This document shows positions 9,073 through 19,700 of a stretch of DNA of 64,000 nt, one piece after another. How positions within the stretch are numbered: position 1 is the first letter of the stretch; every line of letters starts with the position of its first letter. Origin of the DNA: Candidatus Methylomirabilia bacterium. GTDB taxonomy: Bacteria; Methylomirabilota; Methylomirabilia; Rokubacteriales; CSP1-6. The stretch lies in NCBI GenBank assembly GCA_046758965.1, contig JBHIBG010000003.1, forward strand, positions 1 through 64,000, in the 5' to 3' direction. A program made the translations under genes and the position numbers. The notes under the pieces were generated by a model, which was not told the DNA's origin, made no database searches, and saw only the letters and a program-made list of their open reading frames with translations.

Positions 9073-10385
9073 GCCCCGAATACCTGGGCCTGGTCCTCCT
9101 GGGGGCGCTCCTCGTCGGGATCTTCGTCGGCTTCCCCATCGCCTTCACCCTCATCATCCTTTCCTTCGTCTTCGGCTTGATCGGCTTCGGCCGTGTGGTC
9201 TTCGACCTCGCGTTCTTCCAGACCATCGGGCTCATGAAGGAGGAGACCCTGGCGGCTGTGCCGCTCTTCATCTTCATGGGCCATGTTCTCGAGCACGCCG
9301 GGCTGATGGAGCGCCTCTTCCGCGCCTTCCAGTACATGCTGGCCCGGCTGCCCGGCGCCCTGTACCTGGGCGTCCTCTTCACGTCGACAATCTTCGCCAC
9401 GGCCACCGGGATCATCGGGGCCTCGGTGACCGTCATGGGGCTCATGGCCGCCCCCGTCATGACCAAGGCCCGCTACGACCCCAAGCTCTCGGCCGGGGTG
9501 ATCACGGCCGGAGGCTGCCTCGGGATTCTGATCCCGCCCAGCGTGATGCTGGTCGTCATGGCGCCGGTGATCGGCGTGTCCATCGTCGATCTCTTCGCCG
9601 GGGCCATCGTCCCGGGACTGATCCTCTCGGGGCTCTACATCGGCTACGCCATGATCCGGAGCTTGGTGAACCCGAGGCTCGGCCCTCCCCTTCCCCCCGA
9701 GGAGCGGGCTACCTCCTACGGCCAGATCATCTGGGAACTCGTGACCGGCGTGATCCCCATAGCCTTCATCATCTTTGCCGCCCTGGGGAGCATCATCTTC
9801 GGGCTCGCGACGCCGACCGAGGCGGCCGCCATGGGGGCGTCGGGGGCCCTCCTTCTGACCATGCTCTACAGGCGGCTGACCTACACGGTGCTCCGCGACG
9901 CCGCCCACAAGACCCTCCGGACATCGAGCCTGGTCCTGTTCCTCGCCGTGGCTTCCAACATCTACGGATCCGTCTTCACCAGGCTCGGCACGGGAACCTG
10001 GATCGCCGAGAGCATGCTGGCGCTGCCAGTCCCGCCGCTCGCGTTGCTGGCCATCCTCATGTTCGCGATCTTCCTCCTCGGCTGGCCCCTCGAGTGGCCG
10101 GCGATCGTCCTGATCTTCATCCCCATCTTCCTGCCGGTCGTCATAGAACTGAAGGTCAACCTGGTGTGGTTCGCCGTCCTCGTTGCGGTGAACCTCCAGA
10201 CGGCGTTCCTCTCGCCGCCGGTCGCCATGGCCGCGTACTACCTGAAGGCAGTGGCGCCCAAGTGGGAGCTCATCGAGATCTACTGGGGGATGGCCGCCTT
10301 CATGGTCCTCCAGGTCATCGGTCTCGCGATCATCTTCTTCTTCCCCCAGACCGCTCTCTGGCTCCCGAACCTGCTCTACAGGTAA
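9069..10385 (+). CDS. dctM: TRAP transporter large permease
   Basis: ATGA overlap with dctQ; 'AVPLFIFMG', 'LGILIPPS', 'ATPTEAA', 'QTAFLSPP'. Confidence 0.92.
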   Translation: MSPEYLGLVLLGALLVGIFVGFPIAFTLIILSFVFGLIGFGRVVFDLAFFQTIGLMKEETLAAVPLFIFMGHVLEHAGLMERLFRAFQYMLARLPGALYLGVLFTSTIFATATGIIGASVTVMGLMAAPVMTKARYDPKLSAGVITAGGCLGILIPPSVMLVVMAPVIGVSIVDLFAGAIVPGLILSGLYIGYAMIRSLVNPRLGPPLPPEERATSYGQIIWELVTGVIPIAFIIFAALGSIIFGLATPTEAAAMGASGALLLTMLYRRLTYTVLRDAAHKTLRTSSLVLFLAVASNIYGSVFTRLGTGTWIAESMLALPVPPLALLAILMFAIFLLGWPLEWPAIVLIFIPIFLPVVIELKVNLVWFAVLVAVNLQTAFLSPPVAMAAYYLKAVAPKWELIEIYWGMAAFMVLQVIGLAIIFFFPQTALWLPNLLYR

Positions 10386-10510
10386 GGCGCCCTCGCCGGC
10401 TTCTCCCGCTTGCCCTGGCGGCCGGCCTGCTGGCCCCCGGCGTGAGCGCAGGCAACGATCCCGTCACCGTCGGCGAGATCGACAACCGGACGGAGGAAGC
10501 GCTCGCCTGA
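10382..10510 (+). pseudogene. Possible 5' remnant of a periplasmic (LivK-like) binding-protein gene
   Basis: 'RRPRRLLPLALAAGLLAPGVSAGNDPVTVGEIDNRT' reads as a signal peptide plus first beta-strand, then stop; no start codon. Confidence 0.35.
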
Positions 10511-10620
10511 GCCCCGGGTAAACCCGGCCAGAGCAGCGGCTCGGATCCTGCGCTTCAGGGGTCAGGAGGATGGCTCGTCAGGAGCGGCCGATGCTACGGT
10601 GTGAGGGGCAGGCATGCCGG

Positions 10621-10657
10621 GAGAAAACGGAGGGGTCGGCTCCCCGCCGACCCCTCC
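10621..10657 (-). terminator. Intrinsic terminator of first dctP
   Basis: 12-bp stem GGAGGGGTCGGC/GCCGACCCCTCC followed on the minus strand by GTTTTCTC. Confidence 0.7.
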
Positions 10658-10685
10658 TCCGCTCGGTAGGCTTAGCGCCGAACCC

Positions 10686-11810
10686 CTACTTCAGCCAGAT
10701 CTTGTCCTTCCAGTAGTGCTCGGCGATGAAGTTGTAGGGCGGCCAGTAGGAGAGCCGGTAGGGGACCATCTTGCCGGCGTACTTCTTCTGGGACTCCACC
10801 ACCTTGGCATAGAAGGGATCTTTGGCCACGTACTCCGCGGTGAGCTCGTCGTAAACCTGGAGGAACCGCTTGTTGAGCTCATCAGTGGTCTTGATAATCT
10901 TGATCCCTTTCGCGATCAACTCCTGGCACGCCTGCGCCGTCTTCTGCTGGAACCTGACGAAGTGGACCCAGTAGGCGGCCTTGATGGCCGTCTTGATGAT
11001 CGCTTGCAGGTCCGCCGGCAGTTCCTCCCACCGGTCCTTGTTGATGATGAACTCCCCCACCGTCATCGGCTCGTGCATCCCCGGGGCGTAGTGGTACTTG
11101 GCGATCTTGTCGATGCCCAGGCGCTGGTCGTCGTAGCAGCCGATCCACTCCGCGCCGTCGAGCACCCCCCGCTCCAGGGCCGGGACGATCTCGCCCCCGG
11201 GAATGGTGATTGCCCTGATGCCCAGCTTGCCGTAGACCACGTTCCCGACGCCATAGATGCGGTACTTCAGCCCCTTGATGTCCTCAAACGTGCGGATCTC
11301 CTTCTTGAACCACCCCATCGCCTGAGGGCCTTCCGGGTGGACCTGGAAGCTGACCACGTTCATCTTCAATTTGTCCCGGTACGCCTCCTGGAGCAGCTCG
11401 TGCCCTCCTCCCTCCCAGTACCACCCGAAGTAGTCGATGTAGTCCATTCCGAACATGGCGCCGTGGGTCAGGGGGATGAAGGCCGCGAGTTTCCCGATAA
11501 TGTAGCCTGGGGTAGTGTGCCCCGCGTCCAACACCCCTTTGGACACAGCCTCCTGGATCTCGAAGGCCGGCACGATGGCGCCCGCGGGCAACAGCTCAAT
11601 CTTGAGCCGCCCGCCGGCCATTTCCTCAATCATCTTCACGAGCAACTTCGCCGCGTCCTGGACGATGATGGTCGGCGGCCAGGCGCTCTGCACCTTCCAT
11701 TTGAAGACCTTGGTCTGGGCGGAGGCCGGCTGCCTGAATTCCGAGGCCACCACCACAAGACCGACGAGAACGAGCAAAGAGGCCACAAGAACCATCGGCT
11801 TCCTGATCAT
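10686..11810 (-). CDS. dctP: TRAP substrate-binding protein (TakP-like)
   Basis: Signal peptide; 'WKVQSAWP', 'GWFKKEI', 'GLKYRIYG', 'EIVPALERGVLDGAEW', 'YAPGMHEP'. Confidence 0.92.
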   Translation of the reverse strand: MIRKPMVLVASLLVLVGLVVVASEFRQPASAQTKVFKWKVQSAWPPTIIVQDAAKLLVKMIEEMAGGRLKIELLPAGAIVPAFEIQEAVSKGVLDAGHTTPGYIIGKLAAFIPLTHGAMFGMDYIDYFGWYWEGGGHELLQEAYRDKLKMNVVSFQVHPEGPQAMGWFKKEIRTFEDIKGLKYRIYGVGNVVYGKLGIRAITIPGGEIVPALERGVLDGAEWIGCYDDQRLGIDKIAKYHYAPGMHEPMTVGEFIINKDRWEELPADLQAIIKTAIKAAYWVHFVRFQQKTAQACQELIAKGIKIIKTTDELNKRFLQVYDELTAEYVAKDPFYAKVVESQKKYAGKMVPYRLSYWPPYNFIAEHYWKDKIWLK

Positions 11811-11871
11811 AGTCTCCTCCTCCTCCTCTGGGGGGTTGGGGGGACGGGTGAAGGATTGGGCTTGAGCCCGT

Positions 11872-11901
11872 ATCCTAGGGGGGTTCCTTTCCGTTTGTCA
11901 A
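11872..11901 (-). promoter_or_regulatory. Sigma70-type promoter for first dctP
   Basis: Minus strand TTGACA-18 nt-TAGGAT. Confidence 0.6.
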
Positions 11902-12014
11902 GCCCCCCCATCGGATCAAGATTTCGGTTACCCGGCCCTCCTGGTTGCGCTGCCTGGGAGCTACTCCCGGCCGGCAGGGGGCCCCGCCCGCTTGCGTCGC
12001 GGGAAGCCCCGGGT

Positions 12015-12052
12015 GTCAAGTGCCTATCCGACCCGTCGATTTGGCACTTGAC
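12015..12052. promoter_or_regulatory. Inverted repeat between divergent dctP genes (candidate operator)
   Basis: GTCAAGTGCC-N18-GGCACTTGAC, a perfect 10-bp inverted repeat. Confidence 0.45.
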
Positions 12053-12160
12053 GGGCAGATGTGGGATATGGCATGGTTCGTGGCACCGCAGAGACGGACC
12101 AGCGACCCAGCCAACGCGCTGCTGGCCCCTGGGAAACGCAACTAACGGGGAGGGTTCGAC

Positions 12161-13237
12161 ATGAGAATTCCAAGGATTGTCAAGACCCTGGCGATCGTCG
12201 GCCTTGCGAGCGGCCTGGCGATTACCCTGAGCACGCCCGCCGAGGCGCAAAAGAAGGTGCGCTGGAAGATGCAGAGCGCGTTCGGCAGCAGCCTGCCGCA
12301 TCTCGGCACGTCCGCCGTGCGCTTCAGCAAGAACGTCGAAATCGCCTCCGGCGGCACGCTCAAGATCAAGTTCTTCGAGCCCGGCGCGCTGATCCCGCCG
12401 CTGGAGTGCTTCGACGCGGTCTCGAAAGGCTCCATCGAGTCCTGCTGGACAACGCCCGGCTATCACACGGGCAAATACCCGGCCCTGGCCTTTTTGACCG
12501 CGGTGCCGTTCGGCCCAGGCTTCGGTGAGTACATGGCCTGGAAGTGGTTCGGCGGGGGCAACGAGCTCAGGGACGAGATCTACCGCAAGCACAACCTCAT
12601 CGCCATCGATAGCTTCGCCATCGGGCCGGAGACCTCCGGGTGGTTCAGAAAGGAGATCACGTCGCCGGATCAGCTCAAGGGGATGAAGATGCGCTTCTTC
12701 GGCCTCGGCGCCCAGGTGCTGCAGAGGCTGGGCGTCTCCACCCAGCTGCTCGCGGCCGCCGACATCTACCCGGCGCTCGAGCGCGGCGTGATCGACGCCA
12801 CCGAGTTCTCCATGCCGACGATGGACATCAGGCTGGGGTTCTACCAGATCGCCAAGCACAACTACTTTCCCGGCTGGCACCAGCAGACCTCGGTCAGCGA
12901 GCTCCTGATGAACCGGGATAAGTGGAACGCGCTCTCCGAGCAGCACCAGATGATCATCAGACTCGCCCTTGGCGAAGTCACCACGCACACCTACGCCGAG
13001 ACCGAGGCCAAGAACCCCGGGGCGATGCTCACGATGAAGACAAAGTATGGCGTCACGAACCACCGCTGGCCGGATTCCACCCTCAAGCTCTTCGAGAAAG
13101 CCTGGCTGGAGTTGGTCGAGGAGCAGAGCGCGAAGGACCCGCTGTTCAAGAAGGTGGCTGACAGCTACTTCAGCTTCCGCGAAAAATACAAGCTCTGGGG
13201 TGATGCGCAGCGTTTGAAGTCCACGTACCAAGAATAG
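12161..13237 (+). CDS. dctP: TRAP substrate-binding protein (TakP-like)
   Basis: Signal peptide; 'WKMQSAF', 'GWFRKEI', 'GMKMRFFG', 'DIYPALERGVIDATEF', 'YFPGWHQ'. Confidence 0.92.
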   Translation: MRIPRIVKTLAIVGLASGLAITLSTPAEAQKKVRWKMQSAFGSSLPHLGTSAVRFSKNVEIASGGTLKIKFFEPGALIPPLECFDAVSKGSIESCWTTPGYHTGKYPALAFLTAVPFGPGFGEYMAWKWFGGGNELRDEIYRKHNLIAIDSFAIGPETSGWFRKEITSPDQLKGMKMRFFGLGAQVLQRLGVSTQLLAAADIYPALERGVIDATEFSMPTMDIRLGFYQIAKHNYFPGWHQQTSVSELLMNRDKWNALSEQHQMIIRLALGEVTTHTYAETEAKNPGAMLTMKTKYGVTNHRWPDSTLKLFEKAWLELVEEQSAKDPLFKKVADSYFSFREKYKLWGDAQRLKSTYQE

Positions 13238-13281
13238 CCTGACCGGCAAGGTCACGACTGTATTCGCGAAGACCCGGAGAG

Positions 13282-13310
13282 GCTGGAGCCCCATTCGCTG
13301 GGGCTCCAGC
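13282..13310. terminator. Hairpin between convergent genes (probable terminator)
   Basis: 12-bp stem GCTGGAGCCCCA/TGGGGCTCCAGC with 5-nt loop. Confidence 0.55.
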
Positions 13311-13362
13311 GTCGCTGTCTCTCCGGCAGATCGCCAGCAGCGAGCCTGCCGCTTCCAGAGCC

Positions 13363-13818
13363 CTAGCCTTTAGGGATTTCTCCGGGCATGCGGTGAAAGG
13401 CCTTGGCAATGGCCACGACCCTCACGGCATAACGCAGCCAGATCAAGGAGAACGCGAGAAGCACGTATCTATCAATCGTAGCCAGATCGGGGCGCAATCC
13501 GTTGATACTGAGAAACGCAGCCACCGGGGCTGCGACGCAGTAGCGAGCCGCGCGGAGATTCTTTGTTACACCAAAGAAGATGGCGGCGCAACATACTGAA
13601 AAGGCATACAAGGCTACCAAAACAGAAATGTAACCTCCCCCAAGCTTCGTGTTGGCCACTGAGACAATCGTCATGACTGCAAACACTGTTGCCAGAAAGA
13701 GCGTATAGACAAACAGTTCATTTCTTGCTTGACCCTTCGTCAACTTGTCAACGCCGACAAAGTACGGCGTCTTTTCCTCGTTCCAAACATACTTTTTTGT
13801 GAATCTGTACCAACTCAT
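13363..13818 (-). CDS. Hypothetical membrane protein (about 4 TM)
   Basis: 151 aa; hydrophobic helices after a polar N-terminus; visibly more AT-rich than neighbours. Confidence 0.65.
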   Translation of the reverse strand: MSWYRFTKKYVWNEEKTPYFVGVDKLTKGQARNELFVYTLFLATVFAVMTIVSVANTKLGGGYISVLVALYAFSVCCAAIFFGVTKNLRAARYCVAAPVAAFLSINGLRPDLATIDRYVLLAFSLIWLRYAVRVVAIAKAFHRMPGEIPKG

Positions 13819-13960
13819 CGCAGCGGCAGCTCAGGTGGATCTATGTACTGAATCAAGAGCGTGACGGATAGCTGAGCCATCACGGAGGACAGGATCGCGC
13901 TGGCAGACGGTAAGCCTCTGGGTGTCGACGATTCTTCGAAGGTGGTCCAGGTGCGGAGAC

Positions 13961-14596
13961 TTATACGCCGGCGGCCTCGCGCCTTCTACCTTTTCTGGCC
14001 GCTTGTTCTTCCGGCCAGTCCAGCGTCATCAGGTGGAACCTCAGCTCCTTCGGCCCGAAGAGCACGAGGACCGTCTGGAGCCAGACCGCAATGCCGGAAA
14101 GAAACGCGAAGATGAGGCCCATCGTGAACACCGACTTGATGATCCAACGGCGCGGCAAGCCCACCTGCGAGGCGGAGATTTCCCCGATCTGAAAGGATTC
14201 ATAGGCGAAATCGAAGGCGAAGTATATGACCACCGCCAAATAGGGGATCAGGAACAGGCTGCAGCCCAGGAACTCGATCCAGGCCTGCTTGCGGAAGCTC
14301 AGCCTCTCCCGGATCAAGTCGACCCGTATGTGCCTGTTGTTCACATAGGCGTACCCCAGAACCAGGACAAACAGCACCGTGTGGAAGTGCCACTCCAGCT
14401 CCTGAATGATGGTTGATCCGAACGCGGAACCGACATTCTGGATCAGCCAGTACTGCAACCCGCCGATTTTTCGGACCAGAATGTCCCACATCGTCACCAG
14501 AACCAGGGGCAGGATGAATACCGAGCCCGCTTTTCCCGCGGCCTCAATGAACTTCTTGAGCCCCATGCTGAAACGGATCAGGAGGTCCACAGGCAT
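13961..14596 (-). CDS. dctQ: TRAP transporter small permease
   Basis: 'QELEWH', 'HIRVD', 'GLPRRWIIK'; four TM helices; AGGAGGAG RBS. Confidence 0.9.
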   Translation of the reverse strand: MPVDLLIRFSMGLKKFIEAAGKAGSVFILPLVLVTMWDILVRKIGGLQYWLIQNVGSAFGSTIIQELEWHFHTVLFVLVLGYAYVNNRHIRVDLIRERLSFRKQAWIEFLGCSLFLIPYLAVVIYFAFDFAYESFQIGEISASQVGLPRRWIIKSVFTMGLIFAFLSGIAVWLQTVLVLFGPKELRFHLMTLDWPEEQAARKGRRREAAGV

Positions 14597-14654
14597 CGCT
14601 CTCTCCTCCTACCGACACGGCCCCCGCTGATCAGCAGTCTCTTCGGGTCCACCG

Positions 14655-16184
14655 TCATCCCGCCGCCGGCCCGTAGACCACATACGGCAGATACAGGGCG
14701 AGTTTCGGGAACGCCAGTACCGCGATCACAGCCAGGAGCTGCAGCACCACAAAGGGAATGATCCCGCGATAGATGCTTTCGATCTTGACCTCCTCCGGCG
14801 CGATGCCCTTCAGGTAGAAAATCGCGTATCCGAAGGGCGGCGTGAGGAACGAGGTCTGGAGGTTCAGCGCCATGAGCACAATGAACCAGAACATCATCTC
14901 GTTCGGACCCAACCATCCCGGCAGATGATCGCCGAAGTCCAGGCCTACCACCAATGGCCCAAACACCGGAAGGACGATCAGCGTGATCTCGATCCAGTCG
15001 AGGAAGAAACCCAGAACAAAGATGACCGCCATGATCAGCAACAGCAATCCCCAGGGGCCGAGGCCGGCGGCCAGGATCAGACCCTCGACGATGTCGTCAC
15101 CGCCGAGTGAGCGAAACACATAGGCGAAGCAGGTGGCGGACATGACGATGAAAAAGATCATCCCGATCGTGAGCGCGGACGCGTAGTTCACGCTCTTTAC
15201 GAGGTTCCATTTGAGTTTCCGGTTTGCCGCGGCGAGGACGACCGCCCCAAAAGCTCCCACGGCTCCCGCCTCGCTGGGGGTCGCGAACCCGAAAAGAATA
15301 GAGCCTTTGATGAGGAGGATCAGGAACGTCGGGGGAAGGAAGCCTTTCAAGATCAAGCCCGGGAGCTCCCGACGTGGGACGTACAGCTGATCGCGCGGCA
15401 AGGGCGGCGCCATCTTCGGGTTGATCCTCGCTGCCGTCGCGATGTAAATCAGATAGAACGTGGCCAGAATCAGACCCGGTCCGAGTGCGGTCATAAACAC
15501 GGTTCCGACCGAGACCGCCAACAGGTCCGCCATAATGATCAGCATGATGCTCGGCGGAATCAGGATGCCGAGCGTGCCGGACGCCGCGATACACCCGGTC
15601 GCGAGCTCCTGGCTGTACTTTTGCCTGAGCATCGTCGGCAGGGCGAGCGCCGTCATCATCGTAACCGAGGCACCGATGATCCCGGTGATGGCTGCCAGGA
15701 TGGTCCCCATGACGGTCACGGCAAGGGCGAGGGCGCCCGGCACGCGACGGAGGAGCACCTGGCAGCAGTAGAGCATTCCATGAGCGACGCCGCTTCGCTC
15801 CATCATCACGCCCATGAAGACGAAGGTCGGAACCGCGACGAGAACCAGGTTCTCCGCGGCCTGGCCCCATATTCGCGGTAGGAAATTGAAAAATTCGATC
15901 AGCGAGAAGACACCCAGGAAATACCCGATCATGCCGTACGAGAACGCGAGACCGCCCAGAATGAAGGCCACGGGATAGCCCGAGAAGAGAAGGATCCCGA
16001 GGTTAGCGAACATCAGAACCGGCAAGTAGTCCGCGATGGTGTCTATGAACTCGACATCCGAGATGCTGATCCAGATGGCGAGCGCGACAAGCGGAACGAT
16101 AAGAACGAGGAGGATTATGAGGGCTTTCGCCCTGGCGTTTACCCTGGCGCCGACAACAATGTCCTGAGCCGACTCGTCTGCCAC
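14655..16184 (-). CDS. dctM: TRAP transporter large permease
   Basis: 'AVPTFVFMG', 'GTLGILIPPS', 'ATPSEAG', 'LQTSFLTPPFG'. Confidence 0.92.
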   Translation of the reverse strand: MADESAQDIVVGARVNARAKALIILLVLIVPLVALAIWISISDVEFIDTIADYLPVLMFANLGILLFSGYPVAFILGGLAFSYGMIGYFLGVFSLIEFFNFLPRIWGQAAENLVLVAVPTFVFMGVMMERSGVAHGMLYCCQVLLRRVPGALALAVTVMGTILAAITGIIGASVTMMTALALPTMLRQKYSQELATGCIAASGTLGILIPPSIMLIIMADLLAVSVGTVFMTALGPGLILATFYLIYIATAARINPKMAPPLPRDQLYVPRRELPGLILKGFLPPTFLILLIKGSILFGFATPSEAGAVGAFGAVVLAAANRKLKWNLVKSVNYASALTIGMIFFIVMSATCFAYVFRSLGGDDIVEGLILAAGLGPWGLLLLIMAVIFVLGFFLDWIEITLIVLPVFGPLVVGLDFGDHLPGWLGPNEMMFWFIVLMALNLQTSFLTPPFGYAIFYLKGIAPEEVKIESIYRGIIPFVVLQLLAVIAVLAFPKLALYLPYVVYGPAAG

Positions 16185-16306
16185 GATCTTTTCCTAGTTC
16201 TCCTTCATCACGGCCACGATCTCGGCCGAGCAGGGATGTGAGCCATGCCGATCAGGCTTGGCACCCTCACAAAAAATCTCGATTTTCAGGTAGTTGTTGT
16301 TCGGTC

Positions 16307-16335
16307 AGGCTATCCGCCCTCATATACCCTGTCAA
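16307..16335 (-). promoter_or_regulatory. Sigma70-type promoter for second dctM-dctQ
   Basis: Minus strand TTGACA-17 nt-TAGCCT. Confidence 0.55.
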
Positions 16336-16435
16336 GCGGAATCTTTGCCCTTCTCCCATGTCTCTCGACCCCAGGTGCAGGGCATCTTTCAGCGGCCAGC
16401 AAGCCGTCGGGTTGTGAAGTCGTGCCCACTCTCGC

Positions 16436-16702
16436 TCACGAGTGGTCGTCCCGACCCGCCCCCCAGCGGCGCGCGTGGCGGCACCAGATCTCGTCCAACT
16501 TTGTCACAGTGAACGAAGCAACGATCGCAGTCAATCCGACAACAATCGAAGTTGTGCCAAACCAGAATGCCCTGCCCCTGTTCAGTTCATCTCCGAGGTC
16601 GCCACTCCCGAATAGACTGAAGATACCGAATAGAAGGAACCCTATGCCGACAAGCGCACCAGACGTTCTCTTGAGCAACTGGTCAGTGCGCAGACGCATC
16701 AC
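16436..16702 (-). CDS. Small two-TM membrane protein
   Basis: AAGGAG RBS; two hydrophobic helices; directly downstream of the IOR gene. Confidence 0.55.
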   Translation of the reverse strand: MMRLRTDQLLKRTSGALVGIGFLLFGIFSLFGSGDLGDELNRGRAFWFGTTSIVVGLTAIVASFTVTKLDEIWCRHARRWGAGRDDHS

Positions 16703-16741
16703 GCTCCTTCGTGAGGAGCAGGGAATCCAACGCCCCGGCGG

Positions 16742-19700
16742 CTAGAACCCGAGGGCCCGTACCTCAGCCCAGAACCGCTCGACGCTCCGGAGCTTGATCT
16801 CCTCGTAGCCGCGGATGAGATCGGGGAGGGTGGCCAGCTTCACCGCGCGCTCGTAGCTCTCGGGGGAGAGGCTCGCCAGGGCCTTCTCGACGAGCACCTG
16901 GTAGTCGCCGATGAGGGCTCGCTCGACGCGCCGCAGCTTGGCGTAGCCGAAGGGGTCGGCCGCCGTGCCGCGCAGGGCGCGCAGGGCGACCAGGAGGCGG
17001 AAGACCCGGTCGAACCATTTCCCGAGCTTGACCTTCCTCTTCCAGCCCAGGGCCCGGAGGATCGGGGGGTGCAGGTGGTACTGGATCCGGACGCCTCCCG
17101 GGAACTCGGCTGCCAGCGCCTCGGCCAGCTCCGGCTTGAGATGCAGGCGGGCGACCTCGTACTCGTCCTTGTAGGCCATCAGCTTGAAGAGATGCCGGGC
17201 GACGCCCTCGCTGAGCCGGCTCTCGCCAGGCGCCGCCGCCCGCTCAGCCGCCACCACCTGCTTCACGAACTCGACATACCGGCGGGCGTACGCGGCGCTC
17301 TGGTAGGCGATCAGCTCCGGCACGCGGAGCTCCAGCAGCCGCCGGAGCTCGCCCGTGGCTCCGACAGAGTCCACCAGGGCGCGGGCCTCGTCCGTGAGCG
17401 CCGGCCTCACCTCCACGGCTCCCAAACGCGGTCGCTCGACGGTCTTCACCCACTCGGGATCGGCGACGAGCAACCGGCCGACGCCGAACGCCTGCGTGTT
17501 CATCTGGACGGCCACGCCGTTCAGCGCGATCGCCTCCTCGATGGCCGCGGCGCTCACCGGGATGGCGCCCGCCTGATAGGCGGCGCCGAGCAGGATCATG
17601 TTGGCGGCCATGTGGTCATTGAAGAGCGCCTCGGCCAGGCCCAGGGCGTCCACGAGGACGTTCTCGTCCTTCCGCGTGAGCCGGTTGATCGCGGTGATGA
17701 GCCCGCTCTCGTCGGGGAACTGGACACCCGTGGACGACACCATCGCGCCCGTCGGCACCTGGCTCGTGGATACGACCGCGATGGTCTTGTCCGGCCGCGC
17801 GCGATCGAGGTGCTGCGGATTCGTCGCGACCAGGATGTCGAAGGCGAGATAGCAGTCCGCCTCTCCCGCCGCGATCCTATTCGAGACCTCCGACGGCCTA
17901 TCGGACATCTTCAGGTGGGAGACCACCGGCCCGGCCTTCTGGCTGAGGCCTGTCTGATCCAGCCCGCGGACGTGCCTGCCATCGAGGAGCGCCGCCGTGC
18001 CCAGAATCTGGTTCACGGTCACGACCCCGGTGCCGCCGATGCCCATCAGGAAGAGGTTGGGGTTGCGGGACACTTTGAGCGCCGGCTCGGGGAGCTCCCG
18101 GTCGACCGCGTAGCCCTTTCGCTCCTGCTTCCTTGGCTCGCCGAGCGGGATGACCGTCAGGAACGACGGGCAATCCCCCAGCAGGCAGGAGTAGTCCTTG
18201 TTGCAGGATGACTGGTGGATCTGGGTCTTCCGGCCGAACTCCGTCTCGACCGGGTGGACGCTGAGGCAGTTGGACTTCGCCCCGCAGTCGCCGCATCCCT
18301 CGCAGATCGCCTCGTTGATGAAGATCCGCATGGCGGGGTCGGGGAGCTTCCCCCGCTTGCGCAGCCGCCGCTTCTCGGCGGCGCAGCGCTGGTCGTAGAT
18401 CAGGGCCGTCACGCCCGGGGTCTCCCGAAGCATGCGCTGGCCCTCGTCGAGACGGTCCCGGTGCCAGATCTCAACGCCGGCCGCCCACCGGGCGCCCCTG
18501 GGGTATGCCCGGGGCTCATCGGTCATCACGATGATGCGCTTCACCCCTTCAGCCTCGAGCTGTCGCGTGAGCCCCGGCACCCCCACGGCGCCCGCGGCGT
18601 CCTGGCCGCCCGTCATCGCGACCGAGGAGTTGTAGAGGATCTTGTAGGTGATGTTCGTGCCGGCCGCGACGGCCTGACGGATTGCCAAGGAGCCCGAATG
18701 GAAGAGCGTGCCGTCGCCGAGGTTTTGGAACATGTGCGGCATCTCGGTGAACGGCGCGATGCCGACCCACTGCGCGCCTTCGCCGCCCATGTGGGTGATG
18801 CCGACGGTGCCGCGGTTCATGGCGAGCGCCATGCCGTGGCAGCCGATGCCGCCACCCGCGAGGGACCCTTCCGGCACCACGGTCGAGCGGTTGTGGGGGC
18901 ACCCGGAGCAGAAGTACGGCTGGCGGGCCAGCGTCAGCGGCGTCGGCCGCTCGCGAAGCGCCTCGAGAAGCGCCACCCGAGCCGTGATCGACTCGAGATG
19001 CAGCCGCCGCTCGAGCCTCACAGCGACGATCCGGGCGATCGCGTCGGCATCCAGCTCGCCGTCCGCGCGCACCAGGACGCCCCCCTGCTCATCGCGCTTG
19101 CCGACGACCCGCGGCCGCTCCGCCTGGTCGTACAGGATGTCGCGGATAAACAGCTCGGTGAAGGCGCGCTTCTCCTCGATGACCAGCAGCTCTTCCAGGC
19201 CGCGGCCGAACTCCCGGACAATGCCGGGCTCCATCGGGAAGAGCATGCCGATCTTGAGCAGCCGGATCCCGTAGCGCCGCAGAGCGTGGTCGTCGAGGCC
19301 CAGCTCCTGGAGCGCCTGCCGGAGATCGTAGTAGGTCTTGCCCGGCGCGGCGATGCCGAGCCAGGCGTCGGGCGTCGGCACGCTGATCCGGTTCAGGCCG
19401 TTCGCCGCCGCGAACGCCTTGGCGGCCTCGAGACGCCCGTAGTGGATCTCGCGCTCCGTCTCCAGGGCGAACGGCGGCAGGAGCATCGGGTTCTGCCTGG
19501 CCCGCCAGGGCTGCCCGTCGTAGATGAAGCCGGGATCGGCGACCCCCACGCGGTTCGGCGACACCTCGGCCGTGCCGACCTCGTCGGCAACGTCCGTCAC
19601 GATCTTGAAGCCCACCCAGAGGCCGGAGTAGCGCGACAGCTCGAAGCCGAGCCGGCCGAGATCGAGGACCTCCTGCACGCTCCCCGGAAACAGCACCGGG

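Noticed and set aside
12069..12084. Sigma54-like TGGCA sites upstream of dctP (also about 8474)
   Set aside because: GG-N10-GC spacing is not satisfied.
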